A stretch of DNA of 64,000 nucleotides from an uncultured Gemmatimonadales bacterium (GTDB lineage Bacteria; Gemmatimonadota; Gemmatimonadetes; Gemmatimonadales; Gemmatimonadaceae). Below are positions 28,925 through 38,452 of the stretch, piece by piece. The position numbers were made by a program, and so were the translations under genes. Numbering within the stretch: the first letter of the stretch is position 1; every line of letters starts with the position of its first letter. The stretch lies in the NCBI GenBank assembly GCA_963701965.1, contig OY969695.1:1792001-1856000 (forward strand), in the 5' to 3' direction. The notes beneath the pieces are model-generated. The model was not told the DNA's origin and searched no databases. It saw nothing but the letters and a program-made list of their open reading frames with translations.

Positions 28925-29692
28925 ATGAACATAACGATCAGACAATTCTGGGTGGCCGCGGCCTTGCTGTCGACCCGGACTCTCGCCCAGCCCGACTGCC
29001 GCTCCGGCGCCACCGCGTTGATCCCGCAGCTGCACCGGGGTGACACGCTGGCGACCGTGCTCTCCTACAACGTCTCCTTCAAGGTCAAGGGCTACGATGA
29101 CATCGCCACCCACGCGAGCGGGGCGGCCGCCTACATCGTGACGAACCCCGCGCCCGACAGCATTGCATTTTACGTCGTGGGCACCGACAACTTCACCGCG
29201 CGCGTCGCATACAAACCCGGTCGCCATGTGCGCTGCATCGACGGCACGTGCATCGACTACACCAATGCCAGCGGTGTGCTATACAACCCGGTCATGTGGG
29301 GTGACGCCCCATCATCGCTGTGCAACGGTGCGACCTGGACCGTCCAGCTCAAAATGCCGTGGGGCGTCGGACCGGTAGGCTCACAGAAGGTCACCGTGCT
29401 CCGTGTCGATACCGCCGCCCACCTCGCGTGGCTCCGGCGCGACGGCAGCGGCAACGGCGCATTCGCGCACGACGACGACACCCTGACCATACACCAGCAT
29501 GGCAAGGCGTATACGGTGCGCATCGTTCCCGGAACCGCGAAGTGGACCGGTTACACGATTTTCCGGGATGGTGCGGTCATTGCCGACGAGCTGGTGGTCG
29601 ACCGGCAGGACGTGCTGGTCTCGCCAACACTCGGCCGGATCCCAGCCAACGAGCGTCAGACCATGCTGTTCGACGCCACGCCGCATTACTAA
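28925..29692 (+). CDS. Hypothetical secreted protein
   Basis: Signal-peptide-like MNITIRQFWVAAALL..LAQ; coding-like codon use; beta-rich. Confidence 0.7.
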   Translation: MNITIRQFWVAAALLSTRTLAQPDCRSGATALIPQLHRGDTLATVLSYNVSFKVKGYDDIATHASGAAAYIVTNPAPDSIAFYVVGTDNFTARVAYKPGRHVRCIDGTCIDYTNASGVLYNPVMWGDAPSSLCNGATWTVQLKMPWGVGPVGSQKVTVLRVDTAAHLAWLRRDGSGNGAFAHDDDTLTIHQHGKAYTVRIVPGTAKWTGYTIFRDGAVIADELVVDRQDVLVSPTLGRIPANERQTMLFDATPHY

Positions 29693-29741
29693 AACGGCAG
29701 GTCGTCGCCGCTCCTCGCGAGACGCGATCTCCAGGGGCAAC

Positions 29742-30211
29742 GTGGTGAAGTACCCCGGCCGACGCGTGAGCAGCTGTCTCGGCACCCGGCAAACCCGACG
29801 TCGACTTCGAGCTCGACCACATTCGTTGGCCCGCCGAGGTCGACAAGAAACGCAAGACCTGGGTCTCGCCGCTTCCAACGGCGCTCAAGCCGGTGCTCCC
29901 CGATTACCACGACCAGTTTGTCGACGATGATTCACCCTACTACTTCCCACACCCAGCCGACCCCTCACGACCCCTCGATAAGGATCGTGCGGATGGACTC
30001 CTCGAGAAGGCATACGAACTGGCCAAGGTCGAGCGAGCGAAAGGCGGGCTGTGGCACCCATTCCGCCGACGCTGGGCGACGCTGCGGAAGAAGCTACCCC
30101 TGTCGGACGTCGCACAGGCGGGGGGGGTGGGATGATGTTCGTACATTGCTGACATGCTACCAACTCGCGGATCCCGAGACACTCCGTCACGTCGCTGATT
30201 ACGACGGCTAG
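29742..30211 (+). pseudogene. Tyrosine recombinase/integrase catalytic domain; 5'-truncated, two +1 frameshifts
   Basis: Reconstructed PGRRVSSCLG..DVDF..IRWPAEVDKK..WHPFRRRWAT..AQAGGW..LLTCYQ (R, K, HxxR, W, Y); shifts near 29795 and in the G8 run 30120-30127; ends 110 bp from att copy A. Confidence 0.85.
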
Positions 30212-30230
30212 GTCAGTGGATCGCGAGGGT

Positions 30231-30383
30231 AACTCACACAAAAGGCCGCGACGATGAGAACTCCACCGTTCGCGGCCCGCTAACTGCTTGTCAGTTCTAC
30301 AACTACGTATCAGTCGAAAACGCGCCCGGAGAGACTCGAACTCCCAACCTTTTGATCCGTAGGCAGAATCCACCGACATCGCG
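30231..30383 (-). repeat. att junction A: arm + exact 42-bp tRNA-Arg(ACG) 3' half (30321-30362) + short arm
   Basis: Identical to 42741-42782; GGCCGCG..CGCGGCC hairpin 30244-30277; right flank gcagaatccaccgacatcgcg. Confidence 0.95.
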
Positions 30384-30423
30384 ATTCCCTCTACTACGAT
30401 CGTCGCTATCTTAGTCGATCGCC

Positions 30424-30780
30424 ATGCCACCCAACGACGTGCGGATATTGCTCGAGCCAGTGTCCCGATCCGAGCTTGCGGACATGGCGGCGCAGGGATT
30501 CGGCGACATGATCAAGGCGGTGGTGGATGTGAGCCAAGCTATCATGGCCGTGGGCGGCGACCTCCATTCCGACGAGGAGGCGGCGCTGCTGGATGCCGGA
30601 TCGCGCCAGAGTGACATCTGGGGAATCAACCTCTATCCGTCGGAACAGACGGACGATTGGATCGAGTTCGACTCCATGATCAACGTGCGACCGGCACAAG
30701 GGAATCGATCACGCTCCGTTGACAATGTCGCATTGCGGACCGAGATCGTACGCATTGTGCGCACGCTCGTCATCGATTGA
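30424..30780 (+). CDS. DUF5674-family protein
   Basis: IKAVVDV..MAVGGDLHSDEE..LL..GSRQSDIWGINLYP..IEFDSMINVRPAQGNRS. Confidence 0.8.
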   Translation: MPPNDVRILLEPVSRSELADMAAQGFGDMIKAVVDVSQAIMAVGGDLHSDEEAALLDAGSRQSDIWGINLYPSEQTDDWIEFDSMINVRPAQGNRSRSVDNVALRTEIVRIVRTLVID

Positions 30781-31142
30781 TGTCGCCACTGCACGCATTG
30801 CTCGCCGGGGGCCGCTGGGCAGAATTGTCCCTCATCGAGCAGCTCGCCAACGTCGGCAGCGAGGTCGAACGCACGTTACTGGCGCATGACGCCGGCCGAA
30901 TCGATCGGCGCGATCACGCTCTCGCTCGCGCGCTCGAGTTGTTCGACCTCACAGCGGTAGATCCGCGTTGGCGTGGCCATCGCCGTCGGGAGATTTTGAG
31001 GGCGCGCGAGTGCTTTTGCGGCGTACTCTTCGCCGAACGCCCCGACCCGGTCAATGCGGTGTTCCTCCGGAAGTACTTTCTGCAGTTCGCGACAGCCGCG
31101 CGCCACGCACGCTTGACCGGTATGCAGAGTCGGCCCACATAG
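30777..31142 (+). CDS. Small helical hypothetical protein coupled to DUF5674
   Basis: TTGATG overlap; RWAELSLIEQLANVGSEVER..RALELFDLT..REILRARE..YFLQFA. Confidence 0.8.
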   Translation: MMSPLHALLAGGRWAELSLIEQLANVGSEVERTLLAHDAGRIDRRDHALARALELFDLTAVDPRWRGHRRREILRARECFCGVLFAERPDPVNAVFLRKYFLQFATAARHARLTGMQSRPT

Positions 31143-31143
31143 T

Positions 31144-31269
31144 CACAGACACACGAAGGCCGCGAAGGTGAGGAAATCCACCAGCGCGGCCTGGGCTAAC
31201 TACCTGCGGGTTTTGAGGTTGTACGAAGGCGCCCGGAGAGACTCGAACTCCCAACCTTTTGATCCGCAG
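31144..31269 (-). repeat. att junction B: arm + tRNA-Arg(ACG) 3' half (31229-31269, 40/41)
   Basis: Arm about 80% identical (hand alignment) to 42656-42740; one mismatch, in the anticodon loop. Confidence 0.95.
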
Positions 31270-31422
31270 GCAAGCTCCACCGAGGCTGCGTTTCACTCGA
31301 CGACCACCCGTAAGTACCGACATTACCGCGAGATCGCGTCGTCCCCTGCCGTACTTCCCTCGCGGAGATGACGAGCTTCACCGGCTGTAAGACGCACAGA
31401 TACCGAGCGACGTTCGCCCGTC

Positions 31423-31980
31423 TCACCTCGTGGGCTGGCGCGCTCGAGCGCGGCGCACCCGGTCACGGTTGCCGCAGCGCGTATCATTACACCATCGGCG
31501 CGTGTTGCCCTTCGTCGCGTCGACGAACACCCATCGGCAACCAGAGTTGGGACAGATCTTGACGCGGCTCGGCCGGTCCCGCGCGCTGGCGACCAGGGAC
31601 GCGGCGAGCTGCGAGCGCATCCAGGCCCAGTCCGCGCGCACGGGTGCTAGCTCCAGTGACAACGCGCCGCCGCGACGCACCACCTGGTGATACACCGGCG
31701 CACCGAGCACCGCGTTCAGTACCGGAAAGTCACGCGCGCTGAGCGAACCGGTTCGCGCGACTCGCTCCGTGATCCCGCGGAGCATCATCCGGTAGTCGTT
31801 CAGCTCGGCAAATGCCGTGGTGGTTGCGTTCGGCGGGCGGACACGCCAATACGCGAGAAACCGCCGAACCCACGCTGGATCCCGGAGATAATCGGTCAGC
31901 CGGCCGAATCCATCCCACGACTGGCTGTTGACCAGATCGAGCCACGGGGACTGTCGGGTAAACTCCGGGGTCGGTGCCAT
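31423..31980 (-). CDS. ABATE/CGNR zinc-finger domain protein (putative regulator)
   Basis: WLDLVNS N-terminus; C-terminal CPNSGCRWVFVD..RRWC..CGNR. Confidence 0.92.
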   Translation of the reverse strand: MAPTPEFTRQSPWLDLVNSQSWDGFGRLTDYLRDPAWVRRFLAYWRVRPPNATTTAFAELNDYRMMLRGITERVARTGSLSARDFPVLNAVLGAPVYHQVVRRGGALSLELAPVRADWAWMRSQLAASLVASARDRPSRVKICPNSGCRWVFVDATKGNTRRWCNDTRCGNRDRVRRARARQPTR

Positions 31981-32041
31981 GCGTCGCGCTGAAACATAGC
32001 CTCACGCGAACGGCGGACGAAGTGGCACCTCGTGCCAGGCG

Positions 32042-33256
32042 TCAGTCGAGAAACAGCGTCCGCAAGTATGAGTTCAGGAATCGTCCGGTGGGGTCGAGGT
32101 GGTCCCGTGTCGCTTGAAATCTCTCCCACATGGGGTACAGCGCGCGCAACTCCCTCGGCGTGTGCCAGTGGATCTTTCCCCAGTGCGGCCTTCCGCGATG
32201 ATTGCGAAAGATCGCTTCGGCATCGCGGAAGAAGCCTTCGTACCGCCGACCCGCGGCCTCATGGATAGAGATCGCGACCACATCGCGCTCGTACGCCGTG
32301 CTGATATCAATGGTGTCGGCGCGCTGCGTCCGGTACTCGACGGCCCACTCCACACCTGGGTGCAATGTGCGCATGCACTGACGGATCTCGAGAAAGCATT
32401 CTGGTCCGCTCGCCGCCGGTACGGCGAACTCCATCTCGTTGAACGGGACAGCGCGCACGGAAGGATAGATCCGTGCGCTCCAGTCGACCCGCTCCGGCTG
32501 CAAGTACCGCTCGACGGTGCCCGGCGGCGGCAGTGTCATTGGAGCGGCGCCGCGCGGCGGCTCATCGGTGAGGCTCAGTGCCTTGATCACACAGCAGTCG
32601 TGCACCGGTAGCCAGAAAAACTCTACATGCCGGTTCCGGGCGTCGAGCAATGGGAGCTCGGCGAGGCACTCATCGACCGTGGCGACCCACGACGTCTCAC
32701 GGAGTCGGAACGCGGGCACGGCGCGTAGCGTGACCTGGGACAGTACGCCCAACGCGCCGAGCGAGACGCGCGCCGACGAGAACAGGTCCGGCTCCTCGGT
32801 CGCCGAGCAATCGATGATGTCGCCAGACGCGAGAATGAGCCGAAGGGCCGTGACTTGGGTCGCCAGGCTGCCGAACGTGGATCCGGTGCCGTGCGTGCCG
32901 GTGGAGATCGCACCGGCGATGGACTGTGAGTCGATATCGCCTTGATTGTCGAGCGCCAGGCCAGCCTGCAGCAGAGGCGCTCCGAGCTGCGCGATACGCG
33001 TGCCGGCCCAGACGGTGACGTCCCCGGCCGGCGTGATCGTCCGAATGCCCTCCAGGTCATCCAGGGAGATGAGCATGCCATCGGTCGCGCACAACGGCGT
33101 GAACGAGTGCCCGGCGCCCACCACGCGCACGATCTTCTCGGCGCGCCCGGCGCGCACAACGATCGAGCGCAGCGCGTCCTCCGTTGCGGGCTGTCCGCGC
33201 TCGCGGGGGAGCGCCGTCACGCCGCCGGACCAGTTGCGCCAGGATTGTGCGGCCAT
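32042..33256 (-). CDS. FAD-linked oxidase, aldonolactone oxidase (ALO) family
   Basis: WRNWSG, RVVGAGHSF, GAISTGTHG, SLGALG, EMEF, GRPHWGK, DPTGRFLN. Confidence 0.92.
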   Translation of the reverse strand: MAAQSWRNWSGGVTALPRERGQPATEDALRSIVVRAGRAEKIVRVVGAGHSFTPLCATDGMLISLDDLEGIRTITPAGDVTVWAGTRIAQLGAPLLQAGLALDNQGDIDSQSIAGAISTGTHGTGSTFGSLATQVTALRLILASGDIIDCSATEEPDLFSSARVSLGALGVLSQVTLRAVPAFRLRETSWVATVDECLAELPLLDARNRHVEFFWLPVHDCCVIKALSLTDEPPRGAAPMTLPPPGTVERYLQPERVDWSARIYPSVRAVPFNEMEFAVPAASGPECFLEIRQCMRTLHPGVEWAVEYRTQRADTIDISTAYERDVVAISIHEAAGRRYEGFFRDAEAIFRNHRGRPHWGKIHWHTPRELRALYPMWERFQATRDHLDPTGRFLNSYLRTLFLD

Positions 33257-33259
33257 GGG

Positions 33260-33289
33260 GTAATGACTATAATCACTTTATAGCATTAC
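33260..33289. promoter_or_regulatory. Inverted repeat GTAATGACTATAA-N5-TTATAGCATTAC between divergent ALO and arginase genes
   Basis: 12-bp arms match with one bulged base; contains TATAAT. Confidence 0.65.
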
Positions 33290-33322
33290 TGCCAGCCGCC
33301 ACCCCCGGCCCATGGTGCACCC

Positions 33323-34213
33323 ATGCCGTCAATGCCCGTCCCTCTGGTTATCATCGGCGCCCCGAGCAGCGCGGGCGCGTTCGCACCGGGACAGGAACAG
33401 GCTCCAGCGGCGTTGCGGCGTGCGGGGCTGGTCGAGCGCCTTCGCGACACGGGGCGCGAGGTGGTCGATGACGGCGATCTCCCGCCCTGGCGCTGGCGAC
33501 CCGATCGAGCGCACGCCAACGCGCAGAACGCCGACGCGGTGATCAACGTGGTGCGGGGGGTGTCGGGGCGCGTCCAGGCGGCGCTCGCGAAGCGGAGGCT
33601 GGCGCTCGTGCTTGGCGGTGACTGTACCGTCGGCATCGGCACGGTCGCCGGTCACGGCGACAATGACGTGGGTCTCATCTACTTCGACATGCATGCGGAT
33701 CTCAATACGCCGGAGAGTGCACCGCCCGGTGCGCTGGATTGGATGGGCGTGGCGCACATGTTGGGGTATCCGGGCACGGTCGACGCGCTCGCGCGCGCCG
33801 GGGGGCGCCATCCCCTTGTCGCGCCGGAGCAGGTGCTCCTCTTCGCGCACCGCGACGATCAGGCGCGCCCGTGGGAGCGCTCCTGCATCGCACGGGACGG
33901 ACTAGCGCGCATCGCGATCGAGGATGTCGCGCGCGACCCTGCGGCGGCCGCCAGTCAGGCCCTGGGCTGGGCGGGGCGACGATTCGATCACTTGGTCATC
34001 CACTTCGATGTCGACGTGGTCGACTTCACCGATGCGCCGCTGTCGGAGAACACCGGGCGCAACATCGGCTTGCGCCTGACCAATGCCCTGCACGCGCTCG
34101 GCGATCTCCTCCAGGATCCTCGCGTCAGCGCCGTGACGGTCACCGAGCTCAACCCGGATCATGGGGAGCCCGGAGAATGCCACGCTCACCCGGTTCGTCG
34201 CCGGCTTCGCTGA
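33323..34213 (+). CDS. Arginase/ureohydrolase-family protein; probable +1 indel near the 3' end (true stop may be 34235)
   Basis: GGDCT, DMHADLN, HFDVDVVD, ELNP motifs. Confidence 0.88.
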   Translation: MPSMPVPLVIIGAPSSAGAFAPGQEQAPAALRRAGLVERLRDTGREVVDDGDLPPWRWRPDRAHANAQNADAVINVVRGVSGRVQAALAKRRLALVLGGDCTVGIGTVAGHGDNDVGLIYFDMHADLNTPESAPPGALDWMGVAHMLGYPGTVDALARAGGRHPLVAPEQVLLFAHRDDQARPWERSCIARDGLARIAIEDVARDPAAAASQALGWAGRRFDHLVIHFDVDVVDFTDAPLSENTGRNIGLRLTNALHALGDLLQDPRVSAVTVTELNPDHGEPGECHAHPVRRRLR

Positions 34214-34559
34214 GGCGTTTCGGACGCGTGACTGATCGCGCGAACATTACAATGTGTACTTGGATAGTTCGTCCGACCGCCATCGGGACAACGAGAATGC
34301 CATTGCCCGTGTCTGGCGAGGCGTTGTCCCCAGCGAGAAGAGCGACGGGTACTTGCACTATCTGCTTGACTTCGGCTTTCGGGATTATCAGACGTACACG
34401 GGCAATCGCGGTGTCCAACTGCAACGACCTTGAATGCCTCGTCGATCCGGCGCGTACAGTTGAACCCTACGAGGTGCTGTCAGGTCTCGTCCCTTGGAGC
34501 AACTTGACGCGCCGTGCGCCCGCCGACTTCCGCGCCATGCGCCACTGGGCGTGAAGGAT

Positions 34560-34619
34560 CCGGAGAGCCTCGAACTCCCGACCTTTTTGATCCGTAGGTC
34601 AGAATCTACGGACATCGCG
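34560..34619 (-). repeat. att junction C: degenerate tRNA-Arg(ACG) 3' half (34560-34597) + short arm
   Basis: ccggagagcctcgaactcccgacctttttgatccgtag (2 substitutions, 1 extra T); flank gtcagaatctacggacatcgcg resembles junction A. Confidence 0.9.
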
Positions 34620-34887
34620 TTTTGATGGTCGAGTACCGCCGACGCAAACCGCGAATATGGCACCAATGCCCCGTCATTTCGATCAATGCGCGCATGGCAC
34701 ACATCGACTCAAGATTGACGTTCTTGCCCCTCGGGAGACCCAATGCCGCCGCGCATATTGCATGCGTCATGCGAGACCGGGCATGGAACCGATGATGACT
34801 CCCGCGCTGGTGCCACTCGCCGCACGCTTCCGACCCTTGACGGCCGTGTTGTTGTGTCTCGCCGGGCGCCCGGCGAGATTGGCTGGC

Positions 34888-36405
34888 ATGTCGAGCCGGT
34901 TCGCAGTCCTGATCGCTGTTTTCGTCGCACCCACTGCTCGGGCGCAGACCACCGCCGCTGCCCCCTGGCTCGTCTGGCCGCCTGCCGCCGAACAATGCCG
35001 ATCCGACACCGGTGACGCGCGCGCGGTGCTCGGCCGCGCCGGTCGGATCCTTGGCCTCGATTCGGCCCAGGCCCATGTGCTCCGGATGCATTCGCACGAG
35101 ATCGTCCAGCACAACTTCGAGTCCGACCGCCCGTACCGGCCTTTTCTCATGGATGTCGCCGACCACGTGTCCTGGCTTAATGTAACGAATGGCGTCGAAC
35201 GCGACTCGGTAACGCGCGATCTTGGCCAGCGCGGGTCGGCAGTTCGGGTCGAGATCGGCGACGATCGCGCGACCTTCGTGCGGCAGGATGCGACATGGCG
35301 GCAGAACGATCGCGCCTGGGTCAACGCCGAGCGCTATCGCGCGCTCGATCCGCGGATCGTCGTCCGCGCCTGGATCGCCGCCAACGACGTGCGGGTCGCG
35401 GGGCGCTGCGTCTATCGCGACTACGAGCGAACGGTGCTCACTCGGTCCGGCCTCTACGGTGTGGAACGACTCTATGTCGACCCAAAGACCGGCTACATAG
35501 TGAAGCTCGATCGCCAGGAGCCCAACTCCCTTTGGGGACAGGTGCACGTCGAGTTCGTGTACGCCACCTGGCAATTGTTCGGAACCGCTGCCATGCCGGC
35601 GATCTCCAGCAGGCTGCTGGACGGCGACGAAGAGGTCGCGCGGAATGTCTCGACCGCGGAGTGGGGCCCGTCCGACTCCGACTCAGCCCTCGCGCTCCCT
35701 GGCACCCCGACCACCCCGGCACTCGCGTCGCCGTCCGAGCTCCTACGCCCGGCCCTGCCCGACACCCAGCGGCTGGGCCCGCACACGTACCTGCTCGCCA
35801 ACGCGGGGCACGGCGAGGGACACAATGAGGTTGTCACATTGGTGCGCGACACCGTTTACGTCCTCGACGCCACCGAGAGTCAAGCGCGCGCGCGAGCCGA
35901 CTCGTCGTGGATCGGACGGTTATTTCCGGGGCGGCACCCCATCGTCGTGATCGTCACCGACCTGGTCTGGCCGCACGTCGCCGGTGTGCGGTTCTGGGTG
36001 GCGAGTGGCGCCACGATCATGTCAGGCGTGCAGTCGGCGCCGTTCCTCCGCGCCGTAGTGGCCCGACAATGGATGGGGAACCCTGACAAGCTCGAATTGC
36101 TGCCCCATCGACCGGCTCTGCGCTTCGTACCCGTGCGCGAGCCGCTCAGCCGAGCCGGGATCGCGGCGTACCCCATCGATGGTATCGGGACCGAAGGCAC
36201 CCTCATGGTGTGGCTCCCCGAGGATAGTCTGCTTTGGGCGGGCGACAACGTGCAGCAGCTGAACATCCCCTCGCTCAACACAAACGAGGTTTACGCCGCT
36301 GCATGCCGCGCCGAGCTCACTCCCACGCGCGTGGTCGCCCAACACCAACCGACAGCGCTATGGTCCAAACTCGCGGCGGTAGTCGCCACTCCGTGCCGGC
36401 ATTGA
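34888..36405 (+). CDS. Secreted protein with a degenerate metallo-beta-lactamase-like C-terminal domain
   Basis: Signal peptide; VLDA..VIVTDLVWPHVAGVR..EGTLMVWLP..LLWAGD follows MBL topology without HxHxDH. Confidence 0.65.
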   Translation: MSSRFAVLIAVFVAPTARAQTTAAAPWLVWPPAAEQCRSDTGDARAVLGRAGRILGLDSAQAHVLRMHSHEIVQHNFESDRPYRPFLMDVADHVSWLNVTNGVERDSVTRDLGQRGSAVRVEIGDDRATFVRQDATWRQNDRAWVNAERYRALDPRIVVRAWIAANDVRVAGRCVYRDYERTVLTRSGLYGVERLYVDPKTGYIVKLDRQEPNSLWGQVHVEFVYATWQLFGTAAMPAISSRLLDGDEEVARNVSTAEWGPSDSDSALALPGTPTTPALASPSELLRPALPDTQRLGPHTYLLANAGHGEGHNEVVTLVRDTVYVLDATESQARARADSSWIGRLFPGRHPIVVIVTDLVWPHVAGVRFWVASGATIMSGVQSAPFLRAVVARQWMGNPDKLELLPHRPALRFVPVREPLSRAGIAAYPIDGIGTEGTLMVWLPEDSLLWAGDNVQQLNIPSLNTNEVYAAACRAELTPTRVVAQHQPTALWSKLAAVVATPCRH

Positions 36406-36445
36406 TGCGGCGCGATCGGACCGCTGCCAAACCGCGCGCCCGATC

Positions 36446-36613
36446 CGCCTCAATGCCATCGATCTCGCACGCGGCATCGTGATGGTGCTCATGGGGCTCG
36501 ATCACACGCGCACGTACGCTTTCAGCCGCGCGCACAATCCCGTCAATGAGCGGCGAAGGATCGACGGATGGGATACGCCGATCGCGAGCCTCCGCGCGAT
36601 CGAGCGGCCCTAG
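36446..36613 (+). pseudogene. DUF1624 N-terminal remnant
   Basis: RLNAIDLARGIVMVLMGLDHTR, then loss of similarity and a stop. Confidence 0.7.
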
Positions 36614-38328
36614 AGTTGCGTCAGTCGATCCGCGGCGCGTCACGAACTGCGTGCGTGGCGGCCCTCACCGTCATGATGGGCACCGCGCTCACCGCTCGCG
36701 CCCAGAGCTCGTCGGATGAGACACTGACGCACGCCGACACGCTGCGCGGCTCGATTACGCCCGAGCGCGCCTGGTGGGACGTCACGTTCTACGACCTGCA
36801 TGTAGCCGTCTCATTGGCCGACAGCAGCATCCGCGGCTCGAACGGGATTACCTACCGGGTCGTCGGCACGCCGCGCCGCGAGATGCAGATCGATCTCCAG
36901 GTGCCGCTCGGTATGGATAGCGTCGTGCAAGCCGGCGAACGGCTCGCCTACCGGCGGGATGGGGACGCGTTCTTCGTGACGCCGGCCGCGCCACAACTCG
37001 TGGGCAGCGTGCAAACGATGACCGTCTATTATCACGGCCGGCCCCGCGTCGCGCTGCAGCCCCCATGGGACGGCGGCTTCGTGTGGTCGCACGACAGCCT
37101 CGGCCATCCATGGGTCGCCACCGCGGTCCAGGGACTCGGCGCCAGCGCGTGGTGGCCGAACAAGGACACGCAGGCCGATGAGCCCGACAGTCAGCGGATC
37201 GCGATCACCGTCCCCGATTCGCTCACCAATGTGTCGAACGGACGTCTGCGCCGGACGAGTCATCACCACGACGGCACGATGACCTACGAGTGGTTCGTCG
37301 AGAATCCGATCAACAACTACAATGTCGCAGTCAATATCGGCGTGTACGCACACGACAGCACCACATATCCCGGTGCACAGGGCCCGTTGACGATGGATTT
37401 CTGGCCGCTGCGCATCCACGCGCAGGTGGCACGTACGCAATTCACGCAGGCGACCTCGATGCTGCAGTGTTTCGAGCAATGGTTCGGGCCGTACCCATGG
37501 TACGCCGATGGGTACAAGCTCGTCGAGACGCCGTACTTAGGCATGGAGCACCAGAGCGCCATCGCATACGGGAACCAATACAAGAATGGCTACCGCGGGC
37601 GCGATCTGTCGCGGACCGGATGGGGTCTCCGCTGGGATTTCATCATCGTGCACGAGAGCGCGCACGAGTGGTTCGGCAACAACCTCACGGCAGCCGACCT
37701 CGCGGACAGTTGGGTGCATGAGGCCTTCGCGACGTACGCCGAAGCGCTCTACACGGAGTGTCTGTTTGGTCCGCAAGCCGGCGCGGAGTACATGCGGGGG
37801 CAGCGCGCGGGGGTGCGGAACGACGCGCCCGTCATCGGGCCGTACAATGTGAACCGCGAGGGGTCGGCCGACATGTATCCGAAAGGGGGCAACATGCTGC
37901 TCACGATCCGGCAGATCATCGGCAACGACAGCACGTGGCGCAGCATCCTGAGGGGGCTCAACGCAACGTTCTGGCACCAGGTCGTGACCGGCCAGCAGAT
38001 AGAGGAATACATCAGCCAACACGCTGGGATCGACCTGCGCCCGGTGTTCGCCCAGTATCTGACGACGACCGACATCCCGGTCTTCGAGTACGTGTACTTC
38101 GGTGGGACGCTCCGCTATCGATGGAGGAACGTGGTCCGCGGATTCGACATGCCGGTACGGGTAAGGATCGGCCCATCGGACACGATCACGCTGACGCCCC
38201 GCACGTCGTGGCAAGCCATGCGTCTGCCCAAAGGGGTGAGGGACGCCATCGCGATCGATCCCAACTACTACGCCGTCGTACAGCGATTCGACGCCCCACC
38301 GCCATGCATACTCGTCTGCAGGCCGTAA
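36568..38328 (+). CDS. M1-family zinc aminopeptidase, secreted; start uncertain
   Basis: LGMEH, HESAHEWFGN-x-WVHEAF zinc motif, MYPKG. Confidence 0.93.
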   Translation: MGYADREPPRDRAALELRQSIRGASRTACVAALTVMMGTALTARAQSSSDETLTHADTLRGSITPERAWWDVTFYDLHVAVSLADSSIRGSNGITYRVVGTPRREMQIDLQVPLGMDSVVQAGERLAYRRDGDAFFVTPAAPQLVGSVQTMTVYYHGRPRVALQPPWDGGFVWSHDSLGHPWVATAVQGLGASAWWPNKDTQADEPDSQRIAITVPDSLTNVSNGRLRRTSHHHDGTMTYEWFVENPINNYNVAVNIGVYAHDSTTYPGAQGPLTMDFWPLRIHAQVARTQFTQATSMLQCFEQWFGPYPWYADGYKLVETPYLGMEHQSAIAYGNQYKNGYRGRDLSRTGWGLRWDFIIVHESAHEWFGNNLTAADLADSWVHEAFATYAEALYTECLFGPQAGAEYMRGQRAGVRNDAPVIGPYNVNREGSADMYPKGGNMLLTIRQIIGNDSTWRSILRGLNATFWHQVVTGQQIEEYISQHAGIDLRPVFAQYLTTTDIPVFEYVYFGGTLRYRWRNVVRGFDMPVRVRIGPSDTITLTPRTSWQAMRLPKGVRDAIAIDPNYYAVVQRFDAPPPCILVCRP

Positions 38329-38452
38329 CGTCGCCGCCATCGAGCGACAGGCGATCTGGCGATCCTTGATCGTTCATCCATGAGGCCGAGGCGCCGTTCC
38401 GCGCGTCAGCCTGTTGAATGGGACCAACTGCTGCTTCGAGTGACATGCACCA

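Noticed and set aside
30321..34597. Repeated ~40-bp sequences as a CRISPR array or as functional tRNA genes
   Set aside because: Spacing is 0.9-8 kb, no cas genes are present, and each copy lacks the tRNA 5' half.
25690..36613. The two DUF1624 fragments as halves of one gene split by an insertion
   Set aside because: They are on opposite strands, separated by three att junctions, with no shared junction sequence.
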